A stretch of 42,577 nt of DNA from a virus. The translations under genes and the position numbers were made by a program. The notes under the pieces were generated by a model. That model made no database searches. It was not told the DNA's origin and saw only the letters and a list, made by a program, of their open reading frames with translations. Where the stretch lies: the IMG/VR virus record IMGVR_UViG_3300028429_000229. The stretch is one strand, 5' to 3'. How positions within the stretch are numbered: the stretch's first letter is position 1; every line of letters starts with the position of its first letter. This document shows, in pieces, positions 1 to 8,527 of the stretch.

Positions 1-141
1 GATCCCGGCACCGGCGTAAAGGTTGCAAGCCGCGAAGTCACCTATTCGGGTGAGACCGCTCAGGCGCAATCCGTTGGCCTTGTCATGTTCTCTGGCGCGG
101 ATGACGCCAAAACCGCAACGGATGTTTCGACCGGATTCCCC
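1..141. repeat. Terminal overlap, exact copy of 42437..42577 (circular junction)
   Basis: Read by eye: gatcccggcaccggcgtaaaggttgcaagcc...ggattcccc is identical at both ends. It lies inside a coding frame. Confidence 0.95.
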
Positions 142-1566
142 CTTCCTGTCAGCGTGCAAAATGGTTCCGCCATCCTCACGAAAAACCCGATGTTCGAAGA
201 CCCCGGCGCGGTTGTTCGGCAGGCCCCGGCTGATATTTGGTCTGTAAGTTTTGCGGATAGCGGATCAGGTCTGCTCGCGCCGGAGCTTACACAGCGCCGC
301 CTTGGGACCGGCATGGGCGTTAGCCAGTCGTCCAGCAACCTGCTTGTCACGACCGGCACATCGACCAACAGCGAGTTTCTTGCGCGCAGCCTCAAATCGT
401 TCCGGGGGGCCTTTATCGCCCGGCACAAGACCATTCTTTCGCAGCGAATCGCCAACAACAACTTCGCCGTGATGATGGCGGATAGGGAGGGTGAGGGCCT
501 GTCCTGCACCATCAACAGCGCCACCTCGATCAGCGTCACCAAAACGGCTCACGGCTTCACCGCCGCCAATGTCGGTCAATTCATGATGGTGGGAGCCATC
601 AGCGGCGCGACGGGCGTTCCTGGCCGCTATGCGATTGCGTCCATTCCCAATGCCGACACGATCAATTTCACGGTTGCGGGCTGGCCAGCCTCAGGCTCCT
701 GCACGGTGGATCTGTTCGGGTGGAATTACCTTTGGACGCAATACACCGGCACAACGGCGACGAGCGCCAACATTGACGCGCAGCGGCGCGGGTGGAACTC
801 CGGCGTGACGGCGGCGACCATCAACACGACGGCCACCGCCGGCCATGTGATGAACACCTACGCCGATGGCCGGAATGTCAACTGGTCCGATACGCTGGTG
901 GCGTCCGTCACAGGACCAACGGTCACAACCCGCGCGAGCCGCATCGAGAACCTGCCCGACGACGACGTCGAGCTTTACGTCTACCTCTGGGCATGGAACG
1001 GCACGACCGCCCCGGCCAGCACGACAACCTGGACTCTCGGCTTCGTCTCGGTGGAAGATTGCAGCAATGTGGTGAGCTATATTGGCGGTATCCGCCCGCT
1101 TGGCTCTGCCGCACCCTTGCCGGTTTCAGTTTTCGGAACGGTCACCACAAGCTTTACCCAGCCCGCTCTTGTGTCTGGCACTGCTGCGATCGGCGATGTT
1201 GGCGTGCAATATCGCGCGAGCGCATCCGGGGCAGCCTCTTTGGCCAACCTGAACTGCCCAGCAACTCCAGCGGCGCAGTCCGTCAAAGCTACGGGAGGCC
1301 GTTTGCTATCGATTGTGGCGACAAACAATAGTTCTTCGACAAGATGGATCAAGTTTTGGAACACGGCGTCCGCAAGCGTCACAGTCGGAACAACGTCTGC
1401 GATAGCTGAAATTGGCATCCCTCCAAACCAGACTATCAACATACAAAATGAAGGCGGCTTCAGTTTCGCATCCGCCATTACTTTGGCCGTCACGGGCGGG
1501 CAAGGGCTAACGAACAACACGGCTGTAACCCTAGGTGACGTGACAGGCGTCATCGCTTTCGCATGA
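1..1566 (+). CDS. Beta-rich virion-associated protein (distal 521 codons of a 528-aa ORF starting at 42416 across the junction)
   Basis: Frame 1 is open from base 1 to TGA 1564-1566 and is continuous with ATG 42416 through the overlap. Thr/Ser/Gly/Val-rich. The motif PLPVSV occurs twice. The 3' end is visibly lower in GC. Sits in the virion gene block. Confidence 0.75.
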   Translation, partial: DPGTGVKVASREVTYSGETAQAQSVGLVMFSGADDAKTATDVSTGFPLPVSVQNGSAILTKNPMFEDPGAVVRQAPADIWSVSFADSGSGLLAPELTQRRLGTGMGVSQSSSNLLVTTGTSTNSEFLARSLKSFRGAFIARHKTILSQRIANNNFAVMMADREGEGLSCTINSATSISVTKTAHGFTAANVGQFMMVGAISGATGVPGRYAIASIPNADTINFTVAGWPASGSCTVDLFGWNYLWTQYTGTTATSANIDAQRRGWNSGVTAATINTTATAGHVMNTYADGRNVNWSDTLVASVTGPTVTTRASRIENLPDDDVELYVYLWAWNGTTAPASTTTWTLGFVSVEDCSNVVSYIGGIRPLGSAAPLPVSVFGTVTTSFTQPALVSGTAAIGDVGVQYRASASGAASLANLNCPATPAAQSVKATGGRLLSIVATNNSSSTRWIKFWNTASASVTVGTTSAIAEIGIPPNQTINIQNEGGFSFASAITLAVTGGQGLTNNTAVTLGDVTGVIAFA

Positions 1567-1853
1567 TGGAGATGAAAATGCAGAAACAGGTTCACATTCA
1601 AGAGGCTATTCGTGATCCCGATACCAACGATATCACGCACTTTAACCAAGCCCTTGGCGTGACGGATGATGATGGCATCACATGCGTCATCCCCAACGGT
1701 TACGTGCCGCTGATTGAAACAACTGCTGCCGAAGATATCACGGTCACACTCATCCCGCCTCAGACGCAGATCACCCCGGCGACTCTGGTGAGCCGGGTCA
1801 ATGACGCCGAGGCCAACACCTCGACGCTCGTCTTCACCTTCCCCGAAGCCTGA
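1563..1853 (+). CDS. Hypothetical protein
   Basis: ATGA stop/start overlap with the upstream gene. Several in-frame ATGs (1563, 1566, 1572, 1578), so the exact start is uncertain. Lower GC than its surroundings. Confidence 0.6.
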   Translation: MMEMKMQKQVHIQEAIRDPDTNDITHFNQALGVTDDDGITCVIPNGYVPLIETTAAEDITVTLIPPQTQITPATLVSRVNDAEANTSTLVFTFPEA

Positions 1854-1873
1854 CGGAAACCTAGAGCACCGAC

Positions 1874-2281
1874 ATGTTCCTAACCCTGCTTTCAAAGAAG
1901 GCGGCGGGCGGGGCGCTTGTCGGTGCTTCAACTCTAACATTCACGCCGGCGGGCGCGCTGGCGGGAGACGGATCGCTTTCCGGCGCGCTAAACCTGTCGT
2001 TTGCTGCGACGGCAGGCCTTACCGGTTCTGGCGGGGCCGGAGCCAACATCGAAGGCGCAACGTCGCTTGCCTTCACGCCATCTGGTGGGGTAGTAGGTAA
2101 TGGCCCGCTTATCGGCGCTTCTGCACTGGCGTTTGCCGTGGCGGCGGACCTCACCGGCTCCGGCAGTGCTGGAGCCCTTGAGGGGGCGTCAACCCTGCGG
2201 TTTCTGACCGGCCTGCTTTCCGGAAACGGCGGGCCGGCCGGGTCTGGTATCGTGCTGCTGTTTCGCCGGAGGCGCCGTTGA
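1874..2281 (+). CDS. Repeat protein: five ~21-24 aa Gly/Ala/Leu-rich repeats plus a C-terminal LLFRRRRR tail
   Basis: Translation shows GASTLTFTPAGALAGDG / GALNLSFAATAGLTGSG / GATSLAFTPSGGVVGNG / GASALAFAVAADLTGSG / GASTLRFLTGLLSGNG. It is the only same-strand ORF filling the 1854..2277 gap. The RBS is weak. Confidence 0.55.
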   Translation: MFLTLLSKKAAGGALVGASTLTFTPAGALAGDGSLSGALNLSFAATAGLTGSGGAGANIEGATSLAFTPSGGVVGNGPLIGASALAFAVAADLTGSGSAGALEGASTLRFLTGLLSGNGGPAGSGIVLLFRRRRR

Positions 2282-2568
2282 ACATCCCGCCGAAGATCAA
2301 AGCCAAGGTCCGGCAGCAGGCGCTGCGCGCCATGTGCTGCGACAGCAAAGGCCAGCTCACGAAGAATGGCAAGGTTGTTCTTGCCTACCTTCGCGACTTC
2401 TGCGCGGCAGATGGCCGAGGTAACGCATTCCCCCGTGACGCCACGGGAGCACTTGACCCGCTCGGAATGGCCCGAGCGGCAGGGCGGCGAGAAGTCTACG
2501 ACCTGCTCGTTCACATGCTGAACGTGAAGCTCGAAGATCGCCACAACCTTGAGGACGGACTGCAATGA
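2278..2568 (+). CDS. Hypothetical conserved phage protein upstream of the scaffold gene
   Basis: TTG start overlapping the upstream TGA (GTTGA). An alternative ATG lies at 2332. Its stop overlaps the scaffold start (ATGA). Confidence 0.55.
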   Translation: MNIPPKIKAKVRQQALRAMCCDSKGQLTKNGKVVLAYLRDFCAADGRGNAFPRDATGALDPLGMARAAGRREVYDLLVHMLNVKLEDRHNLEDGLQ

Positions 2569-3434
2569 CTGAGAACGTACAGACTGCCCCGGTGGGGGAC
2601 CAAGCGGCCCCAACGCCCGCCCCGGAGCCCACGCCGGCGCCGCCGGCTGGCGCTTCATGGCGCAGCAAGCTGCCCGGCGATCTGGCAGAGTGGGCGGACG
2701 CCAAAGGCTACAAGCCAGACCTGCCCGCCGAAGATGTCGCCACCATGGCGCTGCAGAGTTACAACAGCCTTGAAAAGCTGTTCGGCGCCGACAAGGCGGG
2801 CCGCACGGTCCAGCTTCCGAAGGATGAAAGTGATACGGCGGCGCTGGATGCAATCTTCGACCGCCTCGGCCGGCCGAAGGACGCCAACGGCTACGAGATC
2901 AAGATCGACGGCGCGGATGAAAAGTTCCTCGGCACGGCGAAGGGCTGGTTCCACAAAGCCGGCCTGCTGCCGAAGCAGGCGCAAATGGTCGCTGAACTGT
3001 ATCGTGCCGCCGAACTCGACAGCGTGCGGAAGGTCCAGCAGGATCACGCAACCGAGATCGAAGGGCTTGAGCGCGAGTGGGGCCCGCAGTTCGAGCAGAA
3101 GGTCGAGGTCGGAAAGGCCGCAGCGAAAGCCGCAGGCATGCCCGAGGAGGACATCAAGGCCGCCGAGGCGGTTTGGGGTCCTGCCAAGGCGGCCAAGTAT
3201 TTCGAGTTCTTCGGGCGGAACTACGTCGAGGCGCAGCCGCCCGGCGCAGAGAACCGCACGCAGACACCGGGCTTTGCGCAGCACACACCCGCGACCGCCA
3301 AGGCGAAGATGGATGCGCTCTACGGCGACCGGCTATTCATGGAGCGGTACAACAGCCCCGACCCGAAGGTTCGGGCCGTTGCGATGGCCGAGATGGATGC
3401 GCTCGCGAAACTTGCGGTCAACGCGAAGATGTGA
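2565..3434 (+). CDS. Scaffolding protein
   Basis: 289 aa with an Ala/Pro-rich N-terminus and a helical, charged body. Motifs LGRPKDANGYE and NSPDPKVRAVAMAEMDAL are typical of podovirus scaffolds. It lies immediately upstream of the capsid gene. Confidence 0.75.
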   Translation: MTENVQTAPVGDQAAPTPAPEPTPAPPAGASWRSKLPGDLAEWADAKGYKPDLPAEDVATMALQSYNSLEKLFGADKAGRTVQLPKDESDTAALDAIFDRLGRPKDANGYEIKIDGADEKFLGTAKGWFHKAGLLPKQAQMVAELYRAAELDSVRKVQQDHATEIEGLEREWGPQFEQKVEVGKAAAKAAGMPEEDIKAAEAVWGPAKAAKYFEFFGRNYVEAQPPGAENRTQTPGFAQHTPATAKAKMDALYGDRLFMERYNSPDPKVRAVAMAEMDALAKLAVNAKM

Positions 3435-3496
3435 GATACGGGAGGGGGCGCGATTGCTCCGACCAGCAAGCTCGTCGGTTTTGCTCCCTGTTCCTC

Positions 3497-3526
3497 AGCG
3501 CCGCCCCTCACCGGGCGGCGCTTTTT
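3497..3526 (+). terminator. Rho-independent terminator after the scaffold gene
   Basis: Perfect 10-bp stem agcgccgccc/gggcggcgct, loop ctcacc, followed by a T run (ctttttcg). Confidence 0.8.
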
Positions 3527-3533
3527 CGTTGCG

Positions 3534-3562
3534 TTGACAGTGTCGAAACGTCAGGTTACAAA
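3534..3562 (+). promoter_or_regulatory. sigma70-like promoter for the capsid gene
   Basis: TTGACA (3534-3539), a 17-bp spacer, then TACAAA (3557-3562). This implies a leader of about 120 nt before ATG 3688. Confidence 0.6.
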
Positions 3563-3687
3563 TCACGCAGCGTCGGGGTTGACGGGCCGCACAGGCACAA
3601 GCCCCACACCCGACCGACCCCGACATCATGTCGGCCCGGCTTGCCGGATAACCGCGAAACAGGAACCCACACTCGCGGAGATCCGCC

Positions 3688-4629
3688 ATGTCTTTCACTG
3701 TGCAGCAGCACCACGTTCTGACGTTCTCGCGCAACGTCGAGCACCTTCTTCAGCAGTCCGGTATGCGCCTTCCTGCCTATGTTTCGCAGGGCTCGTACCA
3801 GGGCAAGGCCGCTTCGCCGGTCGAGCAGTTCGGCACCATCGGCCGCACGCGAAACCGCGCCCGCCACACGGATACGCCGCACTTCAACGTGCCCGGCAAC
3901 CGTCGGTGGGTGTTCCCGAACAGCGTCACCACCTCGACCTTGATCGAGCAGCTTGACATTCAGCGCATGCTGATCGACCTGCGCTCGCCCTGCACCGAGG
4001 CCATCGCCAACTCCCTTGGGCGCGGCGTGGACGATGAAATCGGCACTTCGTTCTTCTCCGCGGCGTTCACGGGTGAGAACGGCACGATCAGCACGCCGTT
4101 CCTCGCGGCGCAGGAAGTCGGCGTCAACGTCGGCGGCGCGAACTCGGGGCTGAACGTTCCGAAGCTCCGCGCCGCGAAGCGCATCCTCATGGCGTCCGGT
4201 CTCGACCTGGCGCGCGAGCAGGCGTACATCGCGATCACGTCGGTCGAGCACGACAACCTGCTTGGCGAACTGCAGGTGACGAACATGGACTACAACGACC
4301 GCCCGACCCTTGTGGACGGCCGCGTCACGTCGTTCATGGGCTTCAACTTCGTCCACGTTGAGTGGCAGGCGGCGGAAGATGACGGCACCACGCCGGTCTA
4401 CCCGCTGTCGGTCCCGACCATCATTCCGGGCGGCATCGCGTCCCTGACCCGCAACATTCCGTGTTGGGTGGCGAGCGGCGTGCATTACGCGCAGTGGCAG
4501 GGCGTGGACGTCCGTGTCGATACCCGGCCGGACAAGAACTACAACACGCAGATTTGGGGCGAGATGAACGTCGGCGCCACCCGCACGCAGGAAAAGAAGG
4601 TCGTGCGTATCGTCTGCAACAGCGCGTGA
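3688..4629 (+). CDS. Major capsid protein (HK97-fold type)
   Basis: 313 aa, positioned after the scaffold gene. GGAGA RBS. The N-terminal region (QQHHVLTFSRNVEHLLQQSG...) resembles podovirus major capsid proteins. It has its own promoter and flanking hairpins. Confidence 0.8.
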   Translation: MSFTVQQHHVLTFSRNVEHLLQQSGMRLPAYVSQGSYQGKAASPVEQFGTIGRTRNRARHTDTPHFNVPGNRRWVFPNSVTTSTLIEQLDIQRMLIDLRSPCTEAIANSLGRGVDDEIGTSFFSAAFTGENGTISTPFLAAQEVGVNVGGANSGLNVPKLRAAKRILMASGLDLAREQAYIAITSVEHDNLLGELQVTNMDYNDRPTLVDGRVTSFMGFNFVHVEWQAAEDDGTTPVYPLSVPTIIPGGIASLTRNIPCWVASGVHYAQWQGVDVRVDTRPDKNYNTQIWGEMNVGATRTQEKKVVRIVCNSA

Positions 4630-4630
4630 T

Positions 4631-4650
4631 GAAGGGGCTCCGGCCCCTTC
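4631..4650 (+). terminator. GC hairpin directly after the capsid stop (no U tract)
   Basis: gaaggggc-tccg-gccccttc, a perfect 8-bp stem. It may act as a partial terminator or an mRNA stabiliser. Confidence 0.4.
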
Positions 4651-4683
4651 CGTCTCATCCAATCCAGATCAGGAGTAATCTCC

Positions 4684-5148
4684 ATGCCGACTTTCTACTC
4701 GAACGAAATGCGTGGCGTCGCCGACGTCCCGCGCAACCTCGTGGGCAACGAGGCCCTTGGCGGGCGCGTGCGCGTCTTCCGGGCCACGATCCCGCTCGAC
4801 GCACCGAACCTGAACTCGACCTCGGCCGGCACCGTAATCACGTCGGCCGACCCGGTGGTGCTGGCCCGTGTCCCGGCCGGCTACCGCTTTGCTGGCGGCG
4901 AGCTTGTGTCGTCGGTGTCGCTCGGTACGTCCACCGTCGCGATCGGTATCGCCGGCACGACCGGCAAGTATCGCGCTGCGGCGGTGTTCACTGCGGTAGA
5001 CACGCCGACCAACTTCGGCACGGCGCTCCGGTTTGCGGACCCGCCGCTCGCCGCCGAGGAAGAGATTATCATGACCACCGCGACCGCTTCGCTTCCGACC
5101 ACCGCCGGCGCGCGACTGGTCGTTGACCTTTACTTCGTCGGCCCGTAA
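4684..5148 (+). CDS. Putative capsid decoration/cement protein
   Basis: 154 aa and beta-rich, immediately after the capsid gene. AGGAG RBS. The function is inferred from position and size only. Confidence 0.5.
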   Translation: MPTFYSNEMRGVADVPRNLVGNEALGGRVRVFRATIPLDAPNLNSTSAGTVITSADPVVLARVPAGYRFAGGELVSSVSLGTSTVAIGIAGTTGKYRAAAVFTAVDTPTNFGTALRFADPPLAAEEEIIMTTATASLPTTAGARLVVDLYFVGP

Positions 5149-5176
5149 ATTCGGTTCCGACCGAATGTCTCGCGTT

Positions 5177-5210
5177 GCGCCGGGGCGGTCACGCCCCGGC
5201 GCATTTGCTT
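5177..5210 (+). terminator. Terminator-like hairpin
   Basis: Perfect 11-bp stem gcgccggggcg/cgccccggcgc, loop gtca, followed by atttgctt. A second small hairpin lies upstream at 5149..5166. Confidence 0.6.
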
Positions 5211-5224
5211 GAAGGGATGCCACG

Positions 5225-5836
5225 ATGGCCGTGTCTCGAACCTCTGTCATCAATCTGGCGCTGCAATCCATTGCGGCGAACGGCATCGCCGACCCCGACG
5301 AGGACACCGAGAGCGCGCGCCAGGCTAAGGTCTGCTACGATCAGGTCGTGCGCCGCGAGATCGCCACGCACCCGTGGTACTTCGCCAAAGAGCAGGCAGC
5401 GCTGCCGGCCAACGCCGGGGCACCGCTGTACAAATTCGCCCGTTCGTTCAACCTGCCGTCTGCGTTTCTGCGGCTTGTCGAGCTTGAGCAGCGATGGGTG
5501 TTCTCGATGCTGCGCAACATCGACACGAACCCGGTTCCACCTTACGAGATACAGGGCCGAGCGATCCTGACCGACTTCGGTGCGCCGCTGAACATCACAT
5601 ACCTCGCCGACAAGACCGACGATCCGTCGTTGTGGCCGCCTGAGTTCGTGCAGGCTGCGGCCATGGCGCTTGCGGTGCGTTTGGCCTATCCGCTCACCAA
5701 GTCCGATGGTGCGGTCAAGATGGCGAAGGAAAACTACGCCGAAGCCCTGACCTCGGCTCGCAAGAATAACGCGATCCAGCGGCCCCCGGAGCAGATGCCT
5801 GACGGGTCGTGGATGGCTGCACGGGGGCTTGCCTGA
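5225..5836 (+). CDS. Head-tail adaptor / tail tubular protein A (T7 gp11-like)
   Basis: 203 aa. N-terminal pattern VINLALQSIAANGI...ESARQAKVCYDQVVRREIATHPWYFA is typical of gp11-like adaptors. Followed by a gp12-like gene. Confidence 0.75.
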   Translation: MAVSRTSVINLALQSIAANGIADPDEDTESARQAKVCYDQVVRREIATHPWYFAKEQAALPANAGAPLYKFARSFNLPSAFLRLVELEQRWVFSMLRNIDTNPVPPYEIQGRAILTDFGAPLNITYLADKTDDPSLWPPEFVQAAAMALAVRLAYPLTKSDGAVKMAKENYAEALTSARKNNAIQRPPEQMPDGSWMAARGLA

Positions 5837-5837
5837 C

Positions 5838-8105
5838 ATGCCGCGCGCCCGCCCCATCATCACGGCGTTCAACGCTGGCGAGCTGACCCCGCTGCTCGAC
5901 GGACGGGTCGATCAGGACAAATATTACTCGGGGTGCAAGCAACTTTCCAATTTCATCCCGACCGTGCAGGGTCCGGCCCGGCGGCGCGGCGGCACGCGCT
6001 TCGTGGCGACGGTAAAAAACAGCGCCAAGCGGACGTGGCTGACCGACTTCCGATTTTCGGTCACGCAGTCCTACATTTTGGAGTTCGGCGAAAATTACAT
6101 TCGCTTTTACGTCAACCGCGGCCAGCTTCTCAGCGGCGGGTCGGCCTATGAGGTTTCGACGCCGTACAGCGAAGCCGACCTAGTGACGATCGAGGGCACG
6201 TTCGCGCTGCGCACGCTGCAATCCGGCGACATTATGTGGGTTGTCCATGTGGAAGGCAAACACCCGCCCTACAAGCTGTCGCGCCTCGGGGCGACGAATT
6301 GGACGTTCCTGCAGGAAGTGTTCGTCGGCGGGCCGTTTCGCGACATCAACACCGACAAGGCGATCTCTGTGCAGGCATCGGCGGTCACGGGCACCGGCAT
6401 CACGATCACATGCACTACCGGGCAGTCCATCTTTCAGTCCGGTCACATCGGGTCTCTGTTCCTGCTTGAAAGCCAGAACCCGAGCACGTTGCCGCCGTAC
6501 CAGACCGGCGTTGGCACGGCTATCAGCGCAGGCAACCAGATCCGAAACGCGGGCAACGTGTACGAAGCGCAGAACTCGTACACAGTTCCAAGCGGCAGCA
6601 CCATTCAACGGTACGTGCCGGTTCATACTGAAGGCGACGCATTCGACGGCGCAATAACCTGGCGATATCTGCACTCGGGGTATGGGTGGGCGCGGATAAC
6701 CGCCGTTGCGTCAGGCGGTGTGTCGTGCACTGCGGATGTCGTATCGCAGCTTCCGCTGCAGACGGTCAACAGCCCGACAAACCGCTGGTCGCACAGTCAC
6801 TTTTCATCTGTTTACGGCTGGCCGACGACGATCGCGTTTTTCAAAGAACGGCTTGTCTACACGCGAAACCGAACTGCGTTCCTGTCCGTGGTCGGTGATT
6901 TTAGCAACTTCTCGCGGCGCGACGCCGGGCTTGTCACAAAAGAGACCGCCATGATCCTGACGCTGGCGGCGGACAGGCTCGGCGACATTCGGTGGACCGC
7001 GCCGTCGAAAGCGCTGCTGATGGGGTCGGCTGAAAGCGAGATTGCGCTACGCGAACAGACGACGCAGACCGTGTTCGCCGCCGATAACGTCCAGTCCGAC
7101 CCGCAGACCGATTACGGCGCGCGGCTGCTGCGCCCGTTGAAGGTCGGGGAGAGTATCCTGTTTGTCGAGCGCGCAGGCCACCGCATCCGCGACACCCGGT
7201 TCTCGTTCGAGATTGACCGGTATAAAGCCGAAGACCTGACGGTGCTGTCGGAGCATATCTTCGACGGCTCGGAAATCACAGGGGATACCGAGCAAGAGCA
7301 GCGCGAGATCGTGGATTGGGCGTACCAGCAGCAGCGCGACAGCATTGTGTGGTGCGTACTTTCCGACGGCACAACGGCTGCGCTGGTACTGAACCGCGAG
7401 CGCGGCGTCATTGCGTGGGCACCGCAATACTTCGGCGGGGACGCGGTTGTCGAGGCGGTTCAGTCGATACCGTCGCCCGACGGCAGGACTGACGACGCTT
7501 GGTTCATCGTCCGGCGCACCGTCAACGGCGCGACGCAGCGCTCGATCGAGTACATGACCGATTACCGGCTTGTGAAGAAGGGCGCGGCGGAGGCGGTGCA
7601 CGTCGATTGCAGCGTGACATATCGCGGCACCGCGACCGCGACGATCACCGGGCTCGGCCACATGGAAGGCAAGACTGTCAGCATCTGCGCGAACGGGGCG
7701 AACCATCCAGACCGCGTCGTGACGGGCGGGCAGATTACGCTCGACCGAACCGTTACGCTGGCGCACGTTGGCTACCGGTTCGTGAGCCGCATGCAGACGA
7801 TGCGGATGGAAGTGAGCGGCGGCATCGGTACGGCGCAGGCCGCGCGCAAAGCCATTGGAGAAGTGAAGCTGCGGCTGCAATCGACCATTGGCGGGCGGGC
7901 CGGCCCGAGTTTCGAGCGCATGGACGACATCAAGACGCTGAACCCGGCAGCGCCGGTCGGCACACCGCCGGCCCTGTTTTCCGGAGACTACAAGCTCACG
8001 TCCCCCGGCGGGTATGACACCGATGGATACGTCTGCTACGAACAGTCGATGCCGCTTCCGGCAACTCTCGTCGCGGTGATCAGCGATGCGCAAATCAATA
8101 ATTGA
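5838..8105 (+). CDS. Tail nozzle / tail tubular protein B (T7 gp12-like)
   Basis: 755 aa counted from ATG 5838 (the track's 5829 start is a TTG). N-terminal FNAGELTPLLDGRVDQDKYYSGCKQLSNFIPTVQGPARRRGG is typical of the nozzle family. Confidence 0.75.
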   Translation: MPRARPIITAFNAGELTPLLDGRVDQDKYYSGCKQLSNFIPTVQGPARRRGGTRFVATVKNSAKRTWLTDFRFSVTQSYILEFGENYIRFYVNRGQLLSGGSAYEVSTPYSEADLVTIEGTFALRTLQSGDIMWVVHVEGKHPPYKLSRLGATNWTFLQEVFVGGPFRDINTDKAISVQASAVTGTGITITCTTGQSIFQSGHIGSLFLLESQNPSTLPPYQTGVGTAISAGNQIRNAGNVYEAQNSYTVPSGSTIQRYVPVHTEGDAFDGAITWRYLHSGYGWARITAVASGGVSCTADVVSQLPLQTVNSPTNRWSHSHFSSVYGWPTTIAFFKERLVYTRNRTAFLSVVGDFSNFSRRDAGLVTKETAMILTLAADRLGDIRWTAPSKALLMGSAESEIALREQTTQTVFAADNVQSDPQTDYGARLLRPLKVGESILFVERAGHRIRDTRFSFEIDRYKAEDLTVLSEHIFDGSEITGDTEQEQREIVDWAYQQQRDSIVWCVLSDGTTAALVLNRERGVIAWAPQYFGGDAVVEAVQSIPSPDGRTDDAWFIVRRTVNGATQRSIEYMTDYRLVKKGAAEAVHVDCSVTYRGTATATITGLGHMEGKTVSICANGANHPDRVVTGGQITLDRTVTLAHVGYRFVSRMQTMRMEVSGGIGTAQAARKAIGEVKLRLQSTIGGRAGPSFERMDDIKTLNPAAPVGTPPALFSGDYKLTSPGGYDTDGYVCYEQSMPLPATLVAVISDAQINN

Positions 8106-8526
8106 GATCACGCGCGACATTCGCCCCTCCATGGCGCTCGAGCTCGAGCCGCAGCCCGCGCAGCGCCGTCAATCGCCGTGCACGCCGGATAACCTGTTTC
8201 GGCTCATCCAGTCTGGTCCGGTGTGGGGCGTCAGGATGAACGGGAAGCTCGTCGCGCTCGGCGGCCACACGCCGATGTGGCAAGGCCGAACGGCGGTGTG
8301 GGGGTTCATCGGCGCGGATAGCGGCCCGGCCATGTTGGCGATGACACGCGAAATCCGCCGGCAACTTGAAGTTCTACAGGTTGAGTTTGAGCGCGTCGAA
8401 GCGTATGTTGACCGGCACCACGCCGAAGGGCACCGCTGGATGCGCGCGCTCGGGTTTCACAAGGAGGGCCTTATGCGCAAATTCGCGAACGGAATTGACT
8501 ATGTGATGTACGCACGGACGGTGTGA
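8086..8526 (+). CDS. GNAT-like (acetyltransferase-fold) protein in the T7 gp13 position
   Basis: C-terminal VEAYVDRHHAEGHRWMRALGFHKEGLMRKF resembles the RimJ/RimL-type GNAT C-terminus. The start is ambiguous (8086 or 8131). Confidence 0.5.
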   Translation: MRKSIIEITRDIRPSMALELEPQPAQRRQSPCTPDNLFRLIQSGPVWGVRMNGKLVALGGHTPMWQGRTAVWGFIGADSGPAMLAMTREIRRQLEVLQVEFERVEAYVDRHHAEGHRWMRALGFHKEGLMRKFANGIDYVMYARTV

Positions 8527-8527
8527 C

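Noticed and set aside
1-141. Genuine direct terminal repeat of a T7-like genome.
   Set aside because: The repeat sits inside a continuous ORF, and its length equals a common assembler k-mer. It is interpreted as a circularisation overlap (see finding).
3556-4662. 368-aa minus-strand ORF antisense to the capsid gene. Similar long antisense or off-frame ORFs occur at 7047..8132(-), 8471..9895(-), 10133..11491(-), 12529..13488(-), 15235..16095(-), 38619..39941(-), 40257..41069(-), 29810..31390(+), 20896..21624(+) and 26419..27150(+).
   Set aside because: They lie opposite or out of frame to genes with recognisable motifs. They are Arg/Ala/Gly/Pro-rich low-complexity translations typical of GC-rich DNA. 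They lack an RBS and break the operon strand logic.
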